From contig CAZMOW010000002.1 in assembly GCA_964567975.1 (NCBI GenBank), positions 1,519 through 65,518 on the forward strand: a stretch of DNA of 64,000 nucleotides, read 5' to 3'. A program made the translations under genes and the position numbers. This document shows positions 57,594 to 64,000 of this stretch, piece after piece. The stretch comes from an uncultured Anaerolineales bacterium. GTDB lineage: Bacteria; Chloroflexota; Anaerolineae; UBA1429. Position 1 is the first letter of the stretch, and each line of letters starts with the position of its first letter. A model generated the notes under the pieces. The model searched no databases, had not been told where the DNA came from, and was given only the letters and a program-made list of their open reading frames with translations.

Positions 57594-60500
57594 ATGACGG
57601 ATATAAAAGATAAAGAGACGGTTGGAGGACAAGTGATGTCGGAACCCGTATATCGGGCAGATGTTCTGGTGTGTAGTGGTACAAGTTGTACAGCGTCGGG
57701 ATCCCTTTCGGTGCTTGAGGCCATGAAAGCGGAGATCGGCCGCCGGGGCCTGGAGGAAGAGATCCGCGTGGTGGAGACGGGCTGCCGTGGCTTTTGCGCC
57801 ATGGGGCCGGTGATGATCATCTATCCCGAGGGGCTTTTCTATTGTCAGGTGGAGGCCTCGGACGTCGAGGAGATCGTCGAGGAGACGTTGATTAAGGGGC
57901 GTGTGGTGGAGCGGCTCACATACGAGGAGCCGAGCACCCATGAGAACGTCCCCTTTTACGACGACATCCCCTTCTATGGCAAGCAGCGCCGCATCACGCT
58001 GCGCAACTGTGGCCTCATCGATCCCGAAAGTATCGAGGAGTATATCGCTCGGGGTGGATATGAGGCTCTGGGCAAGGTGTTAAGCGCCATGACCCCAGAA
58101 GAGGTGATCGATGAGGTCAAGAGCTCAGGTCTGCGAGGGCGTGGTGGCGCCGGGTTCCTCACGGGACTCAAGTGGGAGTTTGCGCAAAAGGCCCCCGGCG
58201 ATGTCAAGTACATCGTCTGTAACGCGGACGAGGGAGACCCGGGGGCCTTTATGGATCGCTCCGTATTGGAGGGAGATCCCCACTCGGTGCTTGAAGGCAT
58301 GGCCATCGCCGCCTATGCCATCGGTGCCCATGAGGGCTATATTTACTGTCGCGCCGAATATCCCCTAGCCATCAGGCGTTTGAATATGGCCATCGAGCAG
58401 GCCGAGGAATACGGCCTGCTGGGCGGGGGTATCCTGGGAACGGATTTCGATTTCACCATCCGCATCAAGGAGGGAGCCGGCGCCTTTGTCTGCGGCGAGG
58501 AGACGGCACTCATCGCTTCCATCGAGGGCAGGAGAGGGGAACCCCGTCCTCGGCCGCCCTTTCCCGCTGTTTCAGGCCTGTGGGGCAAGCCGACGAATAA
58601 CAATAACGTCAAGAGCTATGCCAATGTGCCCCAGATCATCGCCAATGGTGCGGAATGGTTCTCCTCCATCGGCACAAAGAGGAGCCCTGGGACAGCGATC
58701 TTTGCCCTTACCGGCAAGGTGCGAAACACTGGCCTGGTGGAGGTCCCCATGGGCATCACCCTGGGAGAGATCATCTTTGACATCGGCGGGGGCGTAGCCG
58801 ACGGGAAGCAATTCAAGGCCGTGCAGACCGGCGGTCCCCTGGGAGGCTGCCTGCCCGCCTCGGGATTGAACCTTAACGTGGACTTTGATTCGCTCGAGCA
58901 GGCCGGTGCGGTGATGGGCTCTGGTGGTATGATCGTCGTCGATGAGGATACCTGCATGGTCGAGTTGAGCAGGTTCTTTTTGACCTTTGCCGTCGCCGAA
59001 TCTTGTGGCAAGTGTGTGCCCTGTCGCGTGGGGGGCAGGCGCATGTTGGAGATATTGACCCGCATCACCGAGGGCAAGGGCAAGATGGAGGATCTCGACA
59101 CCATCGAGGAGATCGCCGAGGGCATGTCCTCCAACGCCCTGTGTGCTCTGGGCCAGCTCACGCCGGGCCCCGTCATGAGCGCCCTGCGCTACTTCCGTGA
59201 CGAGTTCGAGGCGCACATCCTGGAGAAGCGCTGCCCCGCGGGCGTGTGCCCCGATCTGGTGCACGCTCCCTGTGTAAACGCCTGTCCTGCAGGCGTCGAC
59301 GTCTCCAGCTATGTTTCCCTGGTCTCGCAGGGTAAATACGCGGAGGCATTGGAGATCCACCGCAGGCGAAATCCCTTTGCCCTCATCTGTGGACGTGTCT
59401 GTCCGGCGTTCTGCGAGGACCGCTGCCGGCGGGGCATGTTGGACGATCCGGTGGCCATCCGACATATCAAGCGCTTTATGGCTGATCATGAGCTGGAAAA
59501 CCCCTGGACGCCGCCCCAGTTGGAGCCCGACAAAGAGGAAAAAGTGGCCGTCGTCGGCGCTGGACCGGCCGGGCTGACGGCTGCACTGCGCCTGGCCCAG
59601 TGGGGCTATGAGGTGACCGTCCACGAGGCGTTGCCCGTCGCGGGGGGCATGATGGCGGTGGGCATCCCCGAATATCGTTTGCCCCAGGATATACTGGAGA
59701 TGGAGATCGAGAATATCAAGCGCGCTGGCGTGGAGATCGTTCTCAACAGCGAATTGGGCAAGGACTTTTGCCTCGACGACCTTCTTGAGGATCAGGGATA
59801 CAACGCCGTGGTATTGGCGGTTGGGGCCCACGTGAGCCGCTCCCTGCATATCCCCGGCGAGGACCTGGAGGGCGTGTGGGGCGGTACCGAGTTCCTCAAA
59901 GACGTGGTCCTTGGTAGCCCCCCTGAGCTTGAGGGCAAGAGCGTGGCCGTGGTGGGTGGAGGGAACTCGGCCATAGACGCGGCCCGCACAGCGATCCGCC
60001 TTGGGGCCTCGGACGTGCATCTCGTCTATCGTCGCCGTCGTGAGGATATGCCCGCCGAGGATCTGGAGATCGAAGAGGCTCAGGAAGAGGGGCTGGAACT
60101 CCATCTACTGACCAATCCCACGCGCGTCCTGGGCGAGGGGAAGGTCGAAGGCATGGAAGTTGTGGAGGAGGAGCTGGGCGAGTTCGACAACAGCGCCCGC
60201 CGCCGGCCCCAACCAAAAGAGGGCAGCGAGTACGTCATGCCCGTGGATGTGATCATCACCGCCATCGGCCAGGGCGTGGACGTCGGCTGCGTAGAGGAGG
60301 GATGCGATATCGAGTTCGAGCGCAATGCTACGGTGAAAGTGAGCGATGTGGGCTCGGAGCGTGGCGAACTGCGCACGACGAGAGATGATGTGTTCGCCGC
60401 TGGCGACGCTGTCCTGGGGCCGGCGACCGTTGTGGAGGCCGTGGATCATGGCAACAAGGTAGCCCTGGCCGTGGACAAGTACCTGCAGAACGGTTTGGCT

Positions 60501-60707
60501 CTGCCCAAGGACGACTGGTTGGCGTACGAAAAAGTTCCCCTCACGTGGGAGATGGAAGAGTACGCTGAGGCGACCCGCCCCGAGATGCCTGTGCGCGAGG
60601 CCTCCGTCCGTCGCGATGACTGGGAGCAGATCGAACTCGGCTTCCGTGAGACGGTCTGCCGTGAGGAGTGCAAGCGCTGCCTGCGGTGCGACCTTGAAGA
60701 AGAATAA
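57594..60707 (+). CDS. hoxF: NuoF/HoxF-like NAD(H)-binding FMN diaphorase subunit, C-terminally fused to a GltD-like NAD(P)H:FAD oxidoreductase module
   Basis: N-terminal Trx-like 2Fe-2S region (VLVCSGTSC). NuoF core with GLRGRGGAGF and ESCGKCVPCR. Two 4Fe-4S ferredoxin motifs (CPAGVCPD and CVNACPAG). The C-terminal ~450 aa carry two Rossmann motifs, VAVVGAGPAGLTAA and VAVVGGGNSAIDAA, as in the glutamate synthase small subunit. Confidence 0.85.
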   Translation: MTDIKDKETVGGQVMSEPVYRADVLVCSGTSCTASGSLSVLEAMKAEIGRRGLEEEIRVVETGCRGFCAMGPVMIIYPEGLFYCQVEASDVEEIVEETLIKGRVVERLTYEEPSTHENVPFYDDIPFYGKQRRITLRNCGLIDPESIEEYIARGGYEALGKVLSAMTPEEVIDEVKSSGLRGRGGAGFLTGLKWEFAQKAPGDVKYIVCNADEGDPGAFMDRSVLEGDPHSVLEGMAIAAYAIGAHEGYIYCRAEYPLAIRRLNMAIEQAEEYGLLGGGILGTDFDFTIRIKEGAGAFVCGEETALIASIEGRRGEPRPRPPFPAVSGLWGKPTNNNNVKSYANVPQIIANGAEWFSSIGTKRSPGTAIFALTGKVRNTGLVEVPMGITLGEIIFDIGGGVADGKQFKAVQTGGPLGGCLPASGLNLNVDFDSLEQAGAVMGSGGMIVVDEDTCMVELSRFFLTFAVAESCGKCVPCRVGGRRMLEILTRITEGKGKMEDLDTIEEIAEGMSSNALCALGQLTPGPVMSALRYFRDEFEAHILEKRCPAGVCPDLVHAPCVNACPAGVDVSSYVSLVSQGKYAEALEIHRRRNPFALICGRVCPAFCEDRCRRGMLDDPVAIRHIKRFMADHELENPWTPPQLEPDKEEKVAVVGAGPAGLTAALRLAQWGYEVTVHEALPVAGGMMAVGIPEYRLPQDILEMEIENIKRAGVEIVLNSELGKDFCLDDLLEDQGYNAVVLAVGAHVSRSLHIPGEDLEGVWGGTEFLKDVVLGSPPELEGKSVAVVGGGNSAIDAARTAIRLGASDVHLVYRRRREDMPAEDLEIEEAQEEGLELHLLTNPTRVLGEGKVEGMEVVEEELGEFDNSARRRPQPKEGSEYVMPVDVIITAIGQGVDVGCVEEGCDIEFERNATVKVSDVGSERGELRTTRDDVFAAGDAVLGPATVVEAVDHGNKVALAVDKYLQNGLALPKDDWLAYEKVPLTWEMEEYAEATRPEMPVREASVRRDDWEQIELGFRETVCREECKRCLRCDLEEE

Positions 60708-60718
60708 CGGAGACATCG

Positions 60719-61303
60719 ATGACGCGTGAGATGGTGGGGGAGTATGTGCAAGAGGCCTTTGCCCGGGGGGAATCCCTGGCTCTGGATATATCCTCTCTAC
60801 TTCTCGTCGGCTATGGTAACATCAGCCGACGCGATGATGGGGTGGCACTGCACATCCTTCGCCGCCTGAGAAAGCGCCTCGGGCTTTTGCTGGATGACTG
60901 GGAGGCCAACACGGTCTTGTGTCCCCATGATGGGGCACGCAAGCCGCTGGCCATGATCTGCGTGCATCAGCTTGCCCCAGAGTTGGCCGAGTTGGCAGCC
61001 GAATACGACGCCGTCATCTTTATCGACGCACACGTGGCGGCTGCGGATTGGGAGCCTGTGGCCTGGCAGGAGATATCTCCCGCTTATCAGGCGGGGATGC
61101 TTGGTCACCATCTCAAACCCAGTGTCGTGTTGGCCCTGAGCCGTTCCCTCTATGGGGGCTGCCCCGGGGGGTATACGCTCTCGGTGTTGGGGTACGATTT
61201 CGATTTCGGGGAGGAATTATCGTCGGATACTTCTGAGCTGGCCAATGAGGCGGTATCTTTTCTGATGGGTTTGATACAGGCTGAGGGACTGGCGCCGTCG
61301 TGA
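60719..61303 (+). CDS. hoxW: [NiFe] hydrogenase maturation endopeptidase (HoxW/HybD family)
   Basis: LLLVGYGNISRRDDGVALH and VIFIDAHV match the maturation protease metal-binding signature. Confidence 0.75.
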   Translation: MTREMVGEYVQEAFARGESLALDISSLLLVGYGNISRRDDGVALHILRRLRKRLGLLLDDWEANTVLCPHDGARKPLAMICVHQLAPELAELAAEYDAVIFIDAHVAAADWEPVAWQEISPAYQAGMLGHHLKPSVVLALSRSLYGGCPGGYTLSVLGYDFDFGEELSSDTSELANEAVSFLMGLIQAEGLAPS

Positions 61304-61323
61304 ACGTGCCATTTTATATATAT

Positions 61324-61400
61324 TACGAAATTCGTAAAAAATCCTTTTAATGTTCTTGAAATTCGTAGATTTATACGGTATAATACGATAGAAATCGTAT
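61324..61400 (+). promoter_or_regulatory. Strong sigma70 promoter (TTGAAA-N17-TATAAT) flanked by or overlapping two palindromes (tacgaaAttcgta and atacga-N6-tcgtat)
   Basis: The -35 hexamer is at 61356-61361 and the -10 at 61379-61384. Palindromes are at 61324-61336 and 61383-61400. The ~130-bp intergenic region is AT-rich. Confidence 0.5.
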
Positions 61401-61436
61401 TTGCCCGGTGGCCCTTTTGTAGGAGGAACCAAAATT

Positions 61437-63158
61437 ATGCCAGATGTACGTGTGACAATCGATGGCAAGGAGGTTTCGGTGCCCGCGGGAGGTACCGTTC
61501 TCGACGCGGCAGAAGCTGCGGGGATCGAGATCTCTACACTGTGTGATCATCCGGCGGTGGAGCCCATCGGCGCCTGCCGCATGTGTCTCGTGGAGGTGGA
61601 GAAGCAGCGTGTTCTGCAGCCCGCGTGTACCTTCCCCGTTTCGGATGGTATGGTTGTCCATACCAAGTCCGAAAAGGTTATCAAAGCACGTCGCTTTGTG
61701 CTGCAGTTGCTTTTCTCGGAACGCAACCATTTCTGCATGTACTGTCAGATGAGCGGCAGTTGCGAGCTTCAGGATCTCGCCTATGAATACAACCTCGATC
61801 ACTGGACATATGAGCGCCCCTTCCCCAAGCTCGCCGTCGATGCCTCTCGCGAGTACTTTATCATGGATCACAATCGCTGTATCCTATGTCGACGGTGCAT
61901 CCGCGTGTGCGACGAGCTTGTGGGCAATAAGACGTTGGGTGTAAAGAACCGGGGAACCAACAGCATGATCATCGCCGACCTGGATATCCCCTTTGGCGAG
62001 TCGAGTTGCGTGTCGTGCGGTACCTGCCTTCAGGTGTGCCCCACCGGCGCGTTGGCCGACCGCGCCAGCGCTTATATGGGTGCCGAGGACGAGATAGACA
62101 GGATCAAGTCGCGGTGTGTGGCCTGTAGCGTGGGGTGCGGCGTGGAGCTCATCGTGCGCCAGAATCGTGTCATTCGTATCGAGGGCGACTGGGACGCGGA
62201 GCCCAACGACGGCCTGCTCTGTGAGATAGGGCGATTCCATCCCCTGCATGAGCAGCGTCAGAGGGTGTATAAGCCCCTTGTCAGCGGGGAGGATGGTTTG
62301 CAGGAGACGGATTGGGAAGAGGCCGTGACACTGGCCGCCGAAAAGATAAAGGGGGCGGACGATGATCTCGTCTCCGTCGTTTCGGGCTTTGCCTCCACCG
62401 AGGCCGCGGAAGCGGTGGTCGATCATCTGCCAGGCCGAAAAGTGGCCATGGAGGGCCCCACACCGGATGTGGAAAGTGCGTCCCTGTCCACCCTGGATGA
62501 GGCCGACCTCTTTATCGTGGTCGATACCGATCTCACCGTCGATTACCAGGTGGCGGGCTTTGCCATAAAGCGAGGCTTTCGCCATAGGGGCGCACGCCTC
62601 ATCATCATAGACGAGGAGGAGAATGGGCTGGATGCCTGGGCCTCCGAGAAACTTTTGCCTGAGGAGGCGGGAGAGGTTCTGGATAGGGCCGAGGATGCCG
62701 AGTACCCCGTCATCATCTGCGATGTGGATGGCGTGGAACTGGCACAGTCCCTTGCGGAAGAGATTGCCGATTCCGATCTGGTCGTCTTTGCCCCTGGGGG
62801 GAACAGCCTTGGTCTGGGGGAAGCGGGGATAGAGGAAGGTTTGACGAAGGATGATAGGGCCTCTGTCTACTATGTCCTGGCCGCCGAGGCGCCCGAGATG
62901 GACGGGGTGCTGTCGCAAGTCCTGAGTGGGGCCGATTTCGTGATCGTACAGGCTTCTTTCCGGGAGCCCTGGGAGGAGGTGGCGGATGTGATATTGCCCT
63001 CCCCCATCACCTCGGAGAAGGATGGCACGATGATCAATGCAGAAGGGTGTGTCGGGCAAATAGTGGCCGGCGTGGACAGGTCGTTGCCCGGTGAGGTAGA
63101 GGTTATCGAGAGGATTAACAGGCGCATCCGGGCGGCGGCTCCCTCTGCCGGGGAATAG
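61437..63158 (+). CDS. hoxU: NuoG/HoxU-like Fe-S subunit (2Fe-2S + 4Fe-4S clusters, long form with C-terminal extension)
   Basis: N-terminal 2Fe-2S ferredoxin fold (CDHPAVEPIGACRMC), followed by His/Cys and Cys4 cluster motifs (CRRCIRVC and CVSCGTCLQVCP). A ~300-aa C-terminal domain lacks obvious cofactor motifs. GGAGGA RBS. Confidence 0.8.
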   Translation: MPDVRVTIDGKEVSVPAGGTVLDAAEAAGIEISTLCDHPAVEPIGACRMCLVEVEKQRVLQPACTFPVSDGMVVHTKSEKVIKARRFVLQLLFSERNHFCMYCQMSGSCELQDLAYEYNLDHWTYERPFPKLAVDASREYFIMDHNRCILCRRCIRVCDELVGNKTLGVKNRGTNSMIIADLDIPFGESSCVSCGTCLQVCPTGALADRASAYMGAEDEIDRIKSRCVACSVGCGVELIVRQNRVIRIEGDWDAEPNDGLLCEIGRFHPLHEQRQRVYKPLVSGEDGLQETDWEEAVTLAAEKIKGADDDLVSVVSGFASTEAAEAVVDHLPGRKVAMEGPTPDVESASLSTLDEADLFIVVDTDLTVDYQVAGFAIKRGFRHRGARLIIIDEEENGLDAWASEKLLPEEAGEVLDRAEDAEYPVIICDVDGVELAQSLAEEIADSDLVVFAPGGNSLGLGEAGIEEGLTKDDRASVYYVLAAEAPEMDGVLSQVLSGADFVIVQASFREPWEEVADVILPSPITSEKDGTMINAEGCVGQIVAGVDRSLPGEVEVIERINRRIRAAAPSAGE

Positions 63159-63238
63159 CCGTCGGGTTTGCAGCCTTGGATATGAATGTGATAGGTAATA
63201 TAGAGAAATCCGGCAGCGATCTTTGAGGAGGATATATA

Positions 63239-63784
63239 GTGGCAAAAGTAACAGTTTGCACAGATTGGTTGGACGTCTGCTCTGGCTGCCATATGTCACT
63301 TTTGGACGTCGATGAACGTCTTGTGCAGCTATTGGAGCATATACAGCTTCTTTCCTCTCCCATCACAGACCTGAAGCATCCCCCCAAGGAGGGGTGTGAT
63401 GTGGGTATCCTGACGGGAGCGGTAAGCAATGATCATCAGCTGGCGGTGACCGAGGAGATGCGCGAGCGATGCGATCTGCTGATCTCCCTGGGGGATTGTG
63501 CGGTGTTTGGTGGGATCTGCGCCATGCGCAATTTCTTTGACGTGGAGGATGTGTTGAAAAGGGCCTACGTGGATACCGAGAGCACGGCCCCTGGGCAAGA
63601 GGTGCCCCGCTCGCCCGAGATTGCCAAGTTGTTCCCCCAAGTCAAGGCCGTGAACGAGGTGGTGGAGGTCGATCTGCACGTTCCGGGGTGCCCCCCTCCG
63701 GCCGACGGAATTTGGTACGTTCTCACCGAGCTTTTGGAGGGCCGTATCCCCGTCATTCCCGAAGAGTTGTTGACCTATGATTGA
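63239..63784 (+). CDS. hoxY: [NiFe] hydrogenase small subunit (group 3 / HoxY-like, NuoB fold)
   Basis: CTDWLDVCSGCHMS, GDCAVFGG and PGCPP ligand motifs for the proximal cluster. Confidence 0.8.
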   Translation: MAKVTVCTDWLDVCSGCHMSLLDVDERLVQLLEHIQLLSSPITDLKHPPKEGCDVGILTGAVSNDHQLAVTEEMRERCDLLISLGDCAVFGGICAMRNFFDVEDVLKRAYVDTESTAPGQEVPRSPEIAKLFPQVKAVNEVVEVDLHVPGCPPPADGIWYVLTELLEGRIPVIPEELLTYD

Positions 63785-63836
63785 TGGAAGTGGAAGCCAC
63801 TTGCCCCACAGGCTTTTTATACAGGAGAGATAGATA

Positions 63837-64000
63837 ATGGGTCGAAAAATAGCAATTGAACCAGTAACGCGTATTGAGGGACACGCGCGCGTCACGGTAC
63901 ATCTCGATGACGGCGGTCAGGTTGAGCATGCCTATATGCACGTGGATCAGTTTAGGGGTTTTGAAAAGTTCTCCGAGGGTCGGCTCTATTACGAGATGCC
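63837..64000 (+). CDS. hoxH: [NiFe] hydrogenase large subunit, 5' fragment (HoxH-like); continues beyond the window
   Basis: N-terminus [15 protein letters not shown] contains the L1 motif of large subunits. CAGGAGAGA RBS. Confidence 0.7.
   Translation, partial: MGRKIAIEPVTRIEGHARVTVHLDDGGQVEHAYMHVDQFRGFEKFSEGRLYYEM

Noticed and set aside
58572-60104. 510-aa minus-strand ORF, plus other long antisense ORFs (61884..63299, 13481..14632, 11140..12372, 1381..2349)
   Set aside because: Each is embedded antisense in a strongly supported gene (hoxF, hoxU, GH15, ADH, flp/peptidase). These are typical open antisense frames in GC-rich DNA.
1-64000. CRISPR arrays, transposases/IS elements, integrases
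   Set aside because: I scanned for regularly spaced direct repeats and for DDE/serine-recombinase-like ORFs and found none. The repeats present are short regulatory or structural palindromes, not CRISPR arrays or IS termini.

Overview
This window is a high-GC (~62%) bacterial chromosomal segment. Its gene content (Flp pilin, thioredoxin-like PDO, Hox-type hydrogenase, many glycoside hydrolases) suggests a Chloroflexi-like or thermophilic lineage. Gene density is high and most genes are housekeeping or carbohydrate-utilisation functions.

The main features are:
- Three tRNA genes: Ser-CGA on the minus strand, and Pro-TGG and Gly-TCC on the plus strand.
- A lower-GC ORF at the left edge next to tRNA-Ser, a possible island border.
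- A minimal Flp-pilin plus prepilin-peptidase pair with no other tad genes nearby.
- A PQQ-propeller lipoprotein overlapping a lytic transglycosylase.
- Many glycan-degradation genes: GH15, GH20, GH2, NagA, LarA, sulfatase, phosphorylase.
- A tandemly duplicated GT2 glycosyltransferase followed by DUF2064, DedA-like and disulfide-oxidoreductase genes, resembling the rSAM/selenodomain-associated transferase neighbourhood.
- A GGDEF response regulator.

The most notable region is at the right end (53.5-64 kb). A strong sigma70-like promoter drives a co-oriented block of DRTGG, CBS-HATPase, DRTGG, PHP, NuoE-like, HATPase and 2Fe-2S ferredoxin genes, plus a NuoF-like subunit fused to a GltD-like NAD(P)H module. 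These are followed by a hydrogenase maturation protease, a second strong promoter with palindromic operators, a long NuoG-like HoxU, and the HoxY and HoxH [NiFe] hydrogenase subunits (HoxH is truncated at the window edge). Together this looks like an unusual group-3 [NiFe] hydrogenase with an associated uncharacterised regulatory module.

Several structured non-coding elements are reported as findings: nested AT-rich palindromes, hairpin arrays, an operator palindrome in an XRE promoter, and an orphan intrinsic terminator. No CRISPR arrays or transposases were seen.
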